A stretch of 64,000 nucleotides of DNA from Syncephalis fuscata S228 (lineage: Eukaryota; Fungi; Zoopagomycota): assembly GCA_025786725.1 (NCBI GenBank), contig JAHLTZ010000001.1, positions 941,273 through 1,005,272 on the forward strand, in the 5' to 3' direction. The first letter of the stretch is position 1; every line of letters begins with the position of its first letter. Below, one piece after another: positions 42,366 to 55,780 of this stretch. The notes under the pieces are model-generated. The model searched no databases and was not told where the DNA came from. It was given only the letters and a program-made list of their open reading frames with translations. The translations under genes were made by a program, and so were the position numbers.

Positions 42366-45300
42366 TTAGTCATTCGATAGACAGTGGACATGTTCAGCTT
42401 CCATGACCTTGCCCCGACGTAGTCTACAGCCGCTAAGTGCTCCGGCAAATGGTTTCTTACACGTTCGACATAGAGTGGAGTCAGTTAAAAGGACACCGCC
42501 GACTGCATTAATTTGCGTTGCATACTCTGCTGATGCCTGATAAATAAATAAATAAATAGATGTGGGTGTGTGTGTGTGTTAGTGTATATTGTTTATCGTG
42601 TGTAATATTAATCCTATAAATGGCACTTACCTTATTTAACTCAGTATGTGCCAAGGCCCGTAAAAGTTGCAGCTCTCGTGAAGCTCCAGTACTTTTACGC
42701 ACAGCCTGTATTAAAAACCCGGTCATAACATCTGCAGACCAATAGTCTGGAATAGATTGTAGTGTCTATCAATACATATATTATTAATAGGTAGTCAAAT
42801 TAGTATTAAAGTAGCACCACATACATCAATAGCATCGAGTGACTGACTAAAACAAGTTAATAGACGTGTTACATTTAATTCTTGTTGACTAATCATTCAT
42901 TCATTCATCAATCCATCAATCAATATTAGCCTATATATATATACACCAATATTAATACAATATCTATTTAATACTTACGGGTGTGGTTGATGCAGATAAA
43001 TATTTAATAGACTGGTAAACATTGTTTGGTGTAGTCCACTATCAGATGGCAATTGCAATTCATTGGGATGAAGACGAAACGAGCCACCACAATAACAAAA
43101 CAGCTCTGCACCTACACAGTCATCCAGCTTATCCACAAGTAAATGAAGAGCCTCTTTAAATCGATCCAACTACAATCATCAATGCATTAATATAGCCATA
43201 TGTATTATACAGCATTTTAAACAACAATGTACACTTACTTTGCCTAATACAACACATAGTTCAATGCTACAAAGCTCGATACGTTTCAATGAATTCATAA
43301 CGGTTTCTGGATTGTACAATGTTGATGTTTCAAGGAACTGCAGTAATCGAGAGCGTAACTGAGAAGATGACGTTGTTTGTTGTCGTAGAAAAGCGGCGAA
43401 ATAAATCTTGGCATCCGTAGATTGTGCCAATTTAAAATCATTAACTAGAATAGATCAATATAAGTATTTTATAGCAATTCAGTAGTAATAGCTGGCCATT
43501 GATACTTACATAAAGCAGCTTCATCAGACGGAGTCCATGATTCACCCAATCGTTCAATGTAAATATCTGCCAATGCATCATGATGTATTGGATCGGCTGT
43601 ATGCCGTGTTATTACTAAATGCTCAAGAAAATCTATTAAACCAGTAGGTCCATACTGGCGCACCATCGATAACATTGACTGATCATTCAATGGACAGTCG
43701 GGCATTGCTTGTAGCTGACATAGCATCTAAATACAATAGATTAATATACAGTATATTTCAAATAACAACTATACACTACTTACTTTAATAGCCATGTCTG
43801 TATCTTTTGATAGAATCCATGGTGTAAATGTCTGTAATAAAGAAACATCTTTTGTTTCCAATAGAGTCTCTGTACACTCTTGTAGACCACCAAATGCACC
43901 ATCACTCAATTCTCCATCCACCATTCTAAATAACCATAACATTGCGTATAATAAATAACCATCCTATTCAATTGATACAACTATAATTACCGTTGCCAGA
44001 GAATCATTGCATCATAAAGTCGATGCTGTGATTTATACAATAAAGATAGTGCATAATGTTGCTATAATAATATATAATAAAGTGAATGCGTCAATAGGTC
44101 ATTAATTTAATTATGTAGCTAGTTAACTATTTACCTGTCGCTCTTCTAACCAACGCTCACATCCATCCACCTGACAACTGTTTTCCCCTCTTAACAGGTT
44201 CAATAAACCTTGTTGATCCAATTCTGTGTACAATCTTAATAAAAGTGTGTCCAAATCCTGTGTTGACATTAATATTGATTAATAAATAGCCTATCTATTT
44301 TATATTAACAATAGTCATCTACCTCACTAAATTCACCTGATGGTACATGGTTACTTTCTTTACAAAGTCTAAGATAGCGAAGTAGCATATCATAGGCGTT
44401 ATTAATATATTGTTTTTCCAACACTTCATCATCATCACTGCCAAATGTCTTTAATTGCTTATGTACTAGATATGCCATTATAATGATTAACACTATACTT
44501 AATATAATAGTAATTCTTACCAATTTGATGTATATTATCGAGTAATTGAACATAATGGTGTATATCCTGTTCCATTGGCACATCGTAATGGCGTATACCT
44601 AGTGTTGGAAAGAAATTGACCATTAATCGAGGATCCAATTCACCTTTACGGAAATAGGCAAGCGCATCATCAAATAGCGTTTCCCTTAAGCAAATAAGAC
44701 CGGCTTTACGATAGATATATAACAGTCCCATCGACTAGTATAACGATTAATAGCTAGTAGGCTAATAGGGTAATTGTAACTACCTTGACATCATTCTCTG
44801 TCTCATGGTTGGCCAAATAGCGTTCCAATGTAAGAATGGCCTCTTCAACTTGATTGTTATCCAAATAGTAGTCCACCTATGTGGTTTTGTTGTTCTATTA
44901 GTTGCATTTAAAGTAAATACTGGGTAATCTACTTACTCGTTCAACAATCGACTCAGTCACTAGTGCAGTTACGGCGTCTGGACCAACAAAGAATAGACGT
45001 TCACAGGTCGATGCCGCATCGAGCGTATTGATATCTGGACGTGATAGTTTCTGTGCCAGACTAGAATGGCTCATAATCATGCCTGGTGTAAGAATAAGAC
45101 TACGGGGCTGTGATAACTTGGTATCAATCATTTGTATAAGCTTTTGACTCTCCAAATGATGTACAGTAATGGTATAGTTGCGTAAAAGCGTTAGTATATA
45201 AGGTGCCGAATGAACTATGATAGCCATTAATTAAATAGTATCAATAATATTGGTGACTTCCTACCAATGGATCGTGGGTGGCTTGTCCATTCTAATGTGC

Positions 45301-46577
45301 CACGTGTAGGTTCACCGCTACTGGAAACAAAAATGCCTAAACTGGAATGTAAACATTAAAGGTTAAAGGTGTACATAGACAGTATTAATGTTATATAGTT
45401 CATTATAAAGGATATTAATAGAGGGTGTAACACTAGTTAGTAGGTATTCCGAGTCACCAATGGCTATAATGAGCGGCTTAATCGCTCCTGATAGACTACG
45501 ATTCGATGCTTCTCTTGATGGTGGTGACTGGTTGACGGGCATAATTGACGTCGATCTACCGAGTTCCATATCAAGCAGTGAATAGTCGTTGTTATCGGCA
45601 TAACAGATAGTATTGCCAGCCATACATAGAGTCGATACGGTGTCTGCCAAAGTGAATTCCTATAAACGTGTTAATTCATTATCTACAATAGCAGTATCTT
45701 TTAGATGTCGATTAGCAACATACTTTGACCATAACAAGGTCCATTGAAAGTCGGTAAAGTTGAATAGAGCGTCGTTTTGTCACACAGATCCGTACAGTGT
45801 TACGAGGACTGCCCAAAGCTGGAGAATTCAATGGATCGACATAAAAGCTAGTAACTCCCTTAAGTGACGATATAACCTCTGAGGGAAAGACGGTCAAGTT
45901 TGGTAAAGAATAAAAGGATAAAGCCGAGTCTATTTTATAGTAAAGTGGATCAGTAATGTTAATTAATTACGAATGAATTAATCAATTAATTTACCGCAAA
46001 ATACAATTAATTTACGTAAATGAGGCAATGCTACTAATCGTTCAATCCGTCGATTGGATCCCACATTACATCGTTGGACAATTTGCGATCGAGGCAGGAC
46101 TGTGTTTGCCTGTATAAATAGCAAATATATTAGTTAATAGGCCAATGTAGCGACAAGTAGTGGTGGTGACCATAAGTTGTAGTCCATTACCTTATTGCCA
46201 ACCTCAACCCGTTCACCGATCATCACTTGAACGATACAGCCATCGGATGTACCAAGAAATATTGTATTTTCTAATATTGACACGATATGGCTATTATTAG
46301 ATGGCTATTCTTATAACTATAGAGATAGATGTATGTATATAGGCATGCATATAGATGTGTATGCATTTTTGTATCTATGCCGACCAACCAGTCACCTACC
46401 TAGTACTTCGGCACATTCTACCGTTGGTTTTAGTGCCGGATTGGCCGACGGTGAGCGTGATAGACTACCCAGGCGTCGTTGTATAGATCCCTCTGAAATA
46501 GTTGGTCGTTGAGGCACACTACTCTCCAACTGAAGACCAGCAATTAGAGGACGCTGATGAAATAGAGGACGCTCCAT
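42366..46577 (-). CDS. Vps39/Vam6-family protein, TGFBRAP1/Vps3-like (CNH, Vps39_1, CHCR and C-terminal Cys/His domains)
   Basis: Contains LGIFVSSSGEPTRGTLEW, KAGLICLRETLFDDA..F.KGELDPR, LRSRLLQFLETSTLY and CRTCKKP...HVHC. About 18 introns. Confidence 0.88.
45349..45415 (-). other. U12-type (minor spliceosome) AT-AC intron
   Basis: Minus strand has a 5' site ATATCCTTT, a branch site CCTTTAAC ~12 nt from the end, and a 3' AC. Removal gives in-frame TSVTPSINSSLGIFVSSSGEP. Confidence 0.9.
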
Positions 46578-47063
46578 GTCGACACTTTCTAGAGATGGTT
46601 ATTATGTATATATATCCAAGTGCCATCAATAGTGAATTCCAACAATGACAATAGCGTCAAATGTCTATATTAATTACCTATACAACTAGAAATGCATGCA
46701 ATCACGTAGGAGTGTCGTTGTCGTTGTCGTTGTTTTACTTTAGATAGAAGCACGCCAATTAACAATAGTTGCGTGTGTTGTATTTAGCGTTGTGTAGTGA
46801 GGACAATAAGGAAAACTCATATAAATACTGGTATAATTGCAATTGTTTTGATTATTATTAAATATTAATGTTATTTACTATAAACATTTTAATTCACTTT
46901 TATAATATAACTACTCGTATAATTATTAGTTGTATCATCCATTTGTGGTGTTACCAACGCTTTAACTTGTCTCATCTCACTATTCACTTATTATTGTCGT
47001 TTCTCTTTCGTGTGTCTGTGTACGCTCTTTTCATCATCTCGACTGTTATATAATATTGTTGTT

Positions 47064-49343
47064 ATGGCAAAGTCGGAAGACACATATGCTGATGCGGCAG
47101 TGGCACGTCTAAAGGAAATGCTGCGTCATCCAGACGATTTGGAGATTAAAGTTAATATTTTACGTCGCCGCTTACTACAAGAGAAGGCGACTATTGATGC
47201 TCAGCTTAAAAACGGCGCACAAACGCACTTTGATGGCGTACAGCGCGGCCTTGCATTACTACGGAAGCAACGGAGCGGTCAGATGCTTTACAACGTCAGT
47301 TGCGAACGGCATCAGGACAGCGATTTGGTACACAAGAACTTGCAGAACATTATGATGCAATTAACCAGGCAAGTTGTTGAAACTATACATACTGCTGTGG
47401 CTATTGTAGCATTTTACTTACAGCTAGATTGCATGTAGATCTCACGAGTACACGAAAATATGAATAAAACAAAACAGCTAGTTGAAAAGTTTAAAGTATT
47501 GGATGCACAGCTATCAGATGCATCTAATTTATTTCAAGAAATTAATCGTAGAGGTGAAGTAACTGGACCGGATATTTTACAGCTTCATTATCGTGTTTCA
47601 CGTCTCGAAGCATTTCGTGACTCTGTAATGCGCGATAGTCAATTTGTATCGAGGGATACACTTCGGGCTTTACAACATGCATTTGAAAGTTTGGATGGCT
47701 TATGTGAAGATTTTGCTCAATTCTTTTGGGCCATTGCTGCTAATTTGCTAGACTATGCAGCTAACGAAGATGGTGCAGTGATTGTTAGCTTAGCAAAGGT
47801 TGTTGAGGCTGAGGAAGCGGCCGATGAGAAAGCTTATGAATTATGGAAGTGTGAACAACCGGAACCAGAGCCAAATCCAGCTGATGGTCCAGCACCTAAA
47901 GCATGGCGTGAAATGCTATTTAATGTACTTAGAGAACAAGTGGTCAATCAGTATGCACGTTGGGAGGAAAGATTTGCCGATGATCCTTTTGGTGCACTTG
48001 AGGAAACTGATTTTATTCTTGATGATCTTTCGCTTGTATTTGATGTTGTGGTACCGCGATTCCCTAAGAAATACAAGATATTTCCGTTTTTACACTTGAA
48101 TATCACCAGCAATTGGCTAAGCAGTTGACACGTGTGGCCTCGTTAGATTTGGATGCTGGTCAAATTCTACGACTACTACGTTGGACGCGCGAGTACTATG
48201 CCAATATGAAGAAGCAACTTGGTATTACTGAAAAAGTATTACAGCCAAACTACTTGATGGCCATGAAGATACGTTAATTAAAGACTATCTTCGATTGGTA
48301 CGGGCTAAGCTTGACGAATGGATGTACAATTTGGTGAAGGCTGGCTCAAAGGACTTTTCGGACCGTGCTACAGAGCCAGAAGTCGATATGGACGGCACTT
48401 ATGGCATTGGTGCATCGGTTATTATATTTCAAATGATTAATGAGCAGATTGAAGTGGCCACTGAATCAAATCGTGGTAATATTCTAGCTGATGTAGCAGT
48501 CGAATGTGCCGGTGCTTTGCGTACAACACAAGAAGCATGGTCCAAATTAATGGCCAAGGAACTGAAACGACAAATGAACGATAACGATGCACCACCTGGT
48601 CTTGTCGAATATATGATGGCACTTTCCAATGAACAGTTACGCTGTGTAGAATTCTGTGAATCAATTACCGAACGATCATCAGGTATGGTCAATGCGAAAT
48701 ACGCAGAGCGTATTGGTGTGTCGATGGAAAATGCATTGACCGGCTTTCTTAATGTTGGTAAATTTGGCGTCGACTGTCTAATTGATATAATGCATCATGA
48801 TCTTAACCCGCTACTTGATCAGTTATTCTGTACTGACTGGTACCAAGAAGATTTATGTGGTACACTTATTGAAACATTACGTGATTATTGTAGCGATTTC
48901 CGTGCTCATATGAAAGAATATCTATTCAATAATTTAATGGATAAAACACTTGATCGCTTTTTGGCCGAATATCTACGCGGACCACGCAATAAAGAAGCAG
49001 TACTGCATATGCCAGAGATGGACGACCGTATACAGGACGATCTTAGTAGAATATATGACTTTTTCAGCGAATATTTCGACCATGAACGTATGAGCGAGTC
49101 ATTTATGCCTATCGATGCACTACGTCTATTTATAACGGCGCCACCCGAACAAATGGCTGAAGAGTTTATTCAACTACGCAACGGCTTCCCCGATACGCCT
49201 AACTGGCTACCCGAAAAGATTCTGGCCAAACGAGATGATATTGAAAAGGCACAAGCCAAAGAAATCATGGATACGATTAAAAAGACTGTTGGCAAGCCAT
49301 CAGAAGAAATTACGACCGTTTTGGCCGAATGAAAAAGAAGTAG
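47064..49343 (+). CDS. SEC6: Exocyst complex subunit Sec6 (EXOC3); homopolymer frameshifts in this assembly
   Basis: Contains LRHPDDLE..EKATIDAQLK, VVEAEEAADEK, VVPRFPKKYKIFPF, KLDEWMYNL, IIFQMINEQIEVA and PPGLVEYMMALSN. Confidence 0.93.
47369..47438 (+). other. GC-AG intron in SEC6
   Basis: AACCAG|gcaagt...tgtag|ATCTCACGA joins YDAINQ to ISRVHENMNK. Confidence 0.75.
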
Positions 49344-49401
49344 TTGCGACCATTAAGTTGTATAATAAATTATATAATAAATCTTCATAAGTTAATAAAT
49401 A

Positions 49402-49585
49402 GTTTATTAATATTTAATGTGATTTGGTGTTAAATGATTATATTTGTCAATATTCAACCAATCCAAATCCAAATATACTTTTTATTAAATATGGAACTAG
49501 ATGAATGACGTCAGTCATCAGGTACTCATTATCATAGATTTATTATCCAATACACACATATTCTCTATTTATCTATATCATTCCT
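49402..49585 (+). repeat. Solo diverged arm of the long-TIR family just downstream of SEC6
   Basis: Contains gatttggtgttaaatgatta ... tactcattatcatagatttattatccaatac. Confidence 0.7.
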
Positions 49586-50332
49586 ACCGCATGCTCATAC
49601 TATCCTATATCAGTTATAATACACTGGCTACACCATATTTTATAGGTTTCAAACAAATATAGACCGATGAGTGGAATGAGTTGAAATTAGGTACAGGTTG
49701 TTGAGAATAGAACTAGAAATAAACAAACTACAGTTGCGAGTAAACATCAAATAGTAGTTAGTAGAATGGATATTCAATGGAAAGAGTATAAACAACGTTG
49801 ATATAGCTGTAGTACATGGAGCGCAATGAGTAGATTGCGTAAAGTACATTGCAACATATAGCAAATATAGATGCTGTTATTACTGTTTATTGAAGCATGC
49901 TCATTACTAACCAACTATCTATCTTTAATAAACATGTAATTTACTATATTTGAGTACGGTATGGCAAAAGTAACAGTGTACAGCGATAGTAGTGTTAGCT
50001 AGTTTATGCATCCTAGATTACTATGCATAAGCAATAGGTAGCGGAAGCTGTAACACTATGACTTGTTTTGTTAAATAAAGTCAGCCATGTTATGCTTATT
50101 TTCTAAAGTCTTTTGTCACTTTTTACTTAATCGTGCTATCATGTATTTCTATTGTATTTGATTATTCTATTTTCAATTGCTATAAATTATACATGACATA
50201 GTTTAAATTTGTTCTAAACTGTTTATCAAAATAACTATGAGATACAGTTTATTTGTTTTTTGCACATATAACAGTTCTGAGGCATGATGATCAGATTTTT
50301 TGGGCTACCATCTGGATCGCGCATAAACATTT

Positions 50333-50616
50333 GGGCGACAATGTTAGTAGAGTCGTATGAGTAAGCTATTCCTACGCGTAGCTGTCGGAGATCAAATCTG
50401 GTTAAAGACACCGACGAGTTAAGAATAAGCCCCACCAGCACAAATCGCCTTTTTCGTATAATAAAAAATTCAAGTTACAATAAAGTAGTCTAATACGAAA
50501 AAGACGATGCAGCAAGACTGGTGGGCCTTGTTCTTAAGATAATCGGGAGAGACAGATTTGCCAACTGGCAGCATAAGGAAAGCTTACAAGTACAGCTCTA
50601 CGAAGCATTGTCGCCC
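50333..50616. repeat. Degenerate inverted-repeat (hairpin) element, third family
   Basis: Paired blocks: gggcgacaatg/cattgtcgccc, ttaagaataagccccaccag/ctggtgggccttgttcttaa and ctttttcgtat/atacgaaaaag. Confidence 0.7.
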
Positions 50617-51723
50617 TTTTCTAAAAATGCAAAAACAATTGTCATGTCTATGTTATTTTATATTTTGCATGATATTTTGCTTAATATTAATATGCTAATA
50701 CACTTCACTGGTAGCATGCCACGTCATTTAATACATTTACTTGCATTATTGTTAATTAAACAGTAGTATATTAATTATTGTGTATTGCTGAAGTATTTAT
50801 CGGTGTGGCTATAGTTATATTGTGCCGACCAATAAACGTCCACCAATCAAGTAGCTGATGATAGTATTATCAACACGCAACATACCTCAGTATCGAAATA
50901 GCCGATCAGTTATTCCTTAATAAAATACCAATTTCTATTCTTACTTTCGTTTACTGTGTTGAAAGATGATTGTTAGAATGAGCAGTGTGTTTATAAATTA
51001 CGCTGCCCCAACGACTATATAAATAACCTATTTTGGTATCAAGGCTATAATAATATCGTCTTTTTTGATTATTTCATCACTTAACACAATAGCTGTACTC
51101 TTGGTTTTTCAATTGCTACTGAAAACATAAGAGTAGCTGTCTGCTACTACGGTGCTACCTAAGTACGCGTTACAAGTGCAACTGACTAATCATTCATATA
51201 GCTTCCACACCTACACCATCTTTTTCTCTGCTCTTAAAGTGTTGCAGCCGTATACAGTAGCAAATAATAAATTGTCTATCATGCTTCAAAGGCAACTGTT
51301 GCTATACAAGAGCAGATAAACTTTACCATATAACTTATTTTGATACGCACTACTTTTTAATTAACAGATACTATTTTTATTTATGTATAAAGCAGCTTCT
51401 ATTGTCACTATTTTATTTGTAGTAGCAATATTCTAATATATCCAACCGTATTGTATAGTTAATCGTTTAGTTATTTACGTATTTATTTATACTTGCTTAG
51501 TTATATACGATACATTTGCCCATGCACTATACATAACTATTTATTTATATAGTACTACTGTTTTATTATGTCGTACAGCTCAATTGTATATATAGCTGCG
51601 TAATGTAGCCATTTACCATTTTATTAGCCTATGTAATAATTTATCGATACAATTATTTTGTTGTGTTATATATAGTTGTCCAATTACATCGTATATATTT
51701 GATCTTCTTTATTTTTACCTGTA

Positions 51724-52545
51724 TTTTATTAACAAAATAGTGTAATTTAAAGGCTAAATGATTACATTCGATATCATTTGCGTAGTTAAACTACACATTT
51801 GTACTATTGAACATGGCACTGGGTAGTGAGCGACAGCAGTCAGTAAAATACTCATCATCATAGATTCATTATCCAGTACGCATATAGCATTTATTCATAT
51901 AAATTATCCCCATTATATACCCCATACTATCATAGATCATTTTATTAATGCTGGAAGCCTTTTAATTTTTATTTGTTCTAATAAGTTTTGTACATTTCAC
52001 TTATTGAATTATATACACAATAAATTCAACGCCAATTATCACACTTTTTCAACTGTATGCTCACTATGTTGTATATCGTTTTATATTTGCATAGCTTTGT
52101 TTGGCCCAAAGCTGTTTTCCTCTTATTCTGGTTATATTCCTAATAAAATTGTATATATTTATACATTTTATTGATTTGTTCTATGCAAGCTACGGGTTGT
52201 TCAGAACCGTTGTTCGTTTAATTATAGCCATATTATTAATAAATAGCAACCTATTGAACCCATTAAAATATATGTACTTAAAGCTATAGCAAGTAAAATG
52301 TATTTGATAAGCGTGAAATAATATATAATAATATAAAGATATAATGGTACTTATATCAATTTATAAAGTATGTGTGTGTGCAGGGCAATGTTAATAATGA
52401 TAAGTATATGGTTATTATTTCAATGGTGCCATTTACCACCCGGCTTAATATTTAATAAAATAAACGTTTAGTTCAAATTGCGCAAATGTTATTAGTTTTA
52501 GCCATTTGACCACCAAACCATATTAGACTGCTAATAGACTGTTTA
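51724..52545. mobile_element. Long-TIR element, copy D
   Basis: Left arm 51724-51888 and inverted arm about 52390-52545 (tagttcaaattgcgcaaatgttat..catttgaccaccaaaccatatta). The internal region aligns with the reverse complement of the copy A interior. Confidence 0.75.
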
Positions 52546-53189
52546 ATATTAGCGTAATAATAACAGTGTAATAAATAAAACAAGAACTGAATTGCTGCTA
52601 CTACTGTCAAAGTGATTGGTGTTACGCATTTGTATTGAGCATAATTTATTTGATAAGCTGATAGCTGCAAAAAAAAGTTAATTGGTAAGAATCAAGGACT
52701 CATAAAGTATCAAAAGTTTACAATAAACGATAGTATATATTTATAAATAATATTTCATTTAAGTATAAAAATAATATTCTTTATTCAACATGAGAATTTG
52801 TAGCAGTATCTACTAGATTAGTCCGTATCAGTACAGCATAATATAGGCCATTGGAATATATATGCTACAATCCAAATAAAAAACTCTAATAGACCAATAA
52901 AGCGCTTGTTTTGCTAACGATTTGCTAATCTTGCTTAGTGCGCTTTATTTCGTCCCATTAGTCGAAGTCGTCAAATGTTGTTCACTTAATGATAACCAAC
53001 AATCGGTGATCAGTAAGAAATCTTTGTCAAGTAGTGCTTGCTCACTTTGTAATGATTGTAATTCAAAGATTACTAGGTTCGATTATTGTTGTACATCAAA
53101 TCTTGCTATAACAAATGACAACCACAGAATTACCGGCGACGACTTATAAGAAGGACTATAATGAAAGCTGCTTATAAAACTAGATTTCT

Positions 53190-53545
53190 ATTAAAAAGCT
53201 CTTCAAGTCAAAGCCAGGATTGGCACTAACAGCGATTCATTGGTAAAAAACACCTTTGAGACGAAGCCATGAGCAGCGCTGGCAACAATTCTTAAAAGGA
53301 AGTCTAATGAAATAACTCATAAAATGAGTACCCATTAGGTAAATCCTTTGAATCAAAGCCAGAAACCGTATCGACAACAGCTCATGGATAAAAACCTAAG
53401 AAAATATGTTCATAAAAATGGACTTTCAGTAGGAAAACCTTTTGAGTCGAAGCCGGTACGGCGCTGGCAACAACTCATAGGAGAAAGTCTAGTGAAAAAC
53501 TCATAAAAATAAGCGTTCACTAAAAAATCTCCTTGAGTTAAAGCT
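53190..53545. repeat. Degenerate ~93-bp tandem array
   Basis: The core tt(t/c)(g)a(g/a)(t/a)c(g/a)aagcc recurs at about 53201, 53254, 53347, 53441 and 53532, with shared caaca(a/g)(c/t)tc and tcataaaa motifs. Confidence 0.75.
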
Positions 53546-55589
53546 ATTAAATGCTCCAAGTAACTCCAGGGCTCCGGGACGAATCCAAAAGAATTCGGGC
53601 GGCTCCACGCGGCTCCGGGAGACTTGACGCGACTTGAGACGGCTCCAGGGACGGCTCCAGACAGTCACAGGTATATCGGCACCAGGCGGCACCAGTATAC
53701 CTATAGTAATACACTGAAAAGGTTATACATATAATATAAACACACGTGGCAAGCTTATCTTGTGATATATTAATAAACCACAAGAGTCAACGCGCTTGTT
53801 AAGCGGTTGGAAAGTCGGAGCTACAATGTTGGAAGGCAGGTGTAGAAGCGGAAGAAAGGAATAAGATGGAAGAGCATCATTCAGGGCATTCAAACTAAAC
53901 TTATACTATAATAATTACGACAAATGTCGTAATAGGACATGTTTTACTTGGCTGTCCAAATACCTGTAACTTTTACGTAGTTATTTCTGATCTGCAGTAA
54001 AATTGATTGAATTAATTATAGTGTTTTGATAAAATAACATAACAATGATAAAACATACTTATGTGCCTAAGTAGGATTAAAAAATGCTTCATTATTTATT
54101 TGCTATGTAAGTAGAGAATAACGACAGAAATACAAGTAGAACATTTCATTCAAGAAACAGAACCGTAGGAAGAAATATATGTTTTATTGCTATATCTGGT
54201 AATAGCAGTATGTCATAATGGTAAAGGTACGTATACGCAATTGAAAGAGCGTAGTGAGCGATATAAATCAGCCTCTGTAGCAAATACAGTTAGTAATAAG
54301 CAAACGATTTTTTGATAGTATGCAGTTATTTAAGTATAATATTTTTTTAATTAAACAAATGACGCTACTTTAATCTTAAAACAAACATTAAACATAAAAC
54401 TAAATAAACAACAGTAATAAAATCATTACCATAATATCATGTCGCTTTAATAAACACTCCTACACTTTATTAAATCCTTTCAGTTCAATATATAATTCTC
54501 TTTTCTCTCAGCCGTCACTGCCACTTCATTTATTAGCTAACAAACTTAACAGGCATGCAATAACAATATCAATTGACACTTGACCGGATAAAAAACCAAA
54601 TGGGTATATATTCACTCCCTCCATCTGGAAAACCATGTCAAGTGATAGCATCAACAACAATGCATAATACTACTGTTAATACTTGTGCTGATAAAAGCAA
54701 TAATTGGTATTGTAAATTGCATGCAAAGTGATGATAAATGCGATCCAGATAACTTGTCGATTTGGCACCAATATTTGAAGGACTATAACAAGATTTGTTA
54801 GTGTTGTTTAGCAGTAATAAAGTATTATACATTTAGTTGGTCGTTGTTTATATGTAGTCTATGATGCACATGTGATGTGATTGTTTGTTGTTTGGCTATT
54901 GTTACTAAGTATTATACAAACATTATAAAAATTAAACTAAAAAAGTTGTTGAAAGTTGTTAATCGAGATGACAGCTGATAAAAAAACTATATGTCCACCT
55001 GGAATACTGATAGTACTACAACTCGGGCATAAGTAACATTCGTCAGAAGCACATAGCTTTCTACCAGCTGCCGTCAAGATGACGATGTTATTTAATAACG
55101 TTATAATACAATGTAGCAATTCAAGTGCAGCAATAAACATCACTAAACTACTGGTTCACCCAATTGTAGCTAATGTATAAAGCCAAGCACACATAGATGT
55201 TGCAGTGTATTACAACTAAACAACACATGTCAAATGCTGATGTGCTATTAAAGTCACAATATGACAGCTAGTCTTCACTAAAATATAATCAATTGTAGAG
55301 ATATCATCTTATGCTTAATTACACCCGAAGACAGCTTCAGAGAGTCAAATTTTTCGCAGTGCCATGTAAACACATTGGACGATACTTGAGAATAACGCTA
55401 TATCACAATTGTTTAACAACACCCGCAAGTAAACAGTAGGTGATATATGGACACATCCACCCAGATGAACCACATATCTCATCAATCCAGTGTGTGATGG
55501 CAGTGTTCAGCAAGTTGAACAATACCAACACACCTCCAGCGCGCGTTACAAACAGGTGAGCACTAACATATGGCCACCCATCACAGGTC

Positions 55590-55780
55590 GCCGCATCCAT
55601 ATGAGGGAAACACACAGCAATAACTGACTTGCTAAATATTGTTGCTGCGCGCTCTAGCCTTTACAGGAGGGAGCATAGAGCAGTATTAAGCTAATACTGT
55701 GCGCCCTAGCGTCCCCCATGAGAGAGCGTGCAGCAATACCGACTTATGTCCTATCACTGCACGCTCCAGCATCCCACATA
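55590..55780. repeat. Short degenerate GC-richer tandem repeats (~50-60 bp)
   Basis: Recurring ctg(c/t)(g/a)cgc(t/c)c(t/c)agc ... gag(g/a)ga ... cagcaata..gactt. Confidence 0.45.

Noticed and set aside
39737-45415. Functional link between SF1/BBP and the neighbouring U12-intron gene
   Set aside because: SF1 acts on U2-type branch points, and adjacency alone is no evidence of a link.
53190-53545. CRISPR-like array
   Set aside because: The units are degenerate along their whole length and the intervening parts are homologous to each other. There are no cas genes and the context is eukaryotic.
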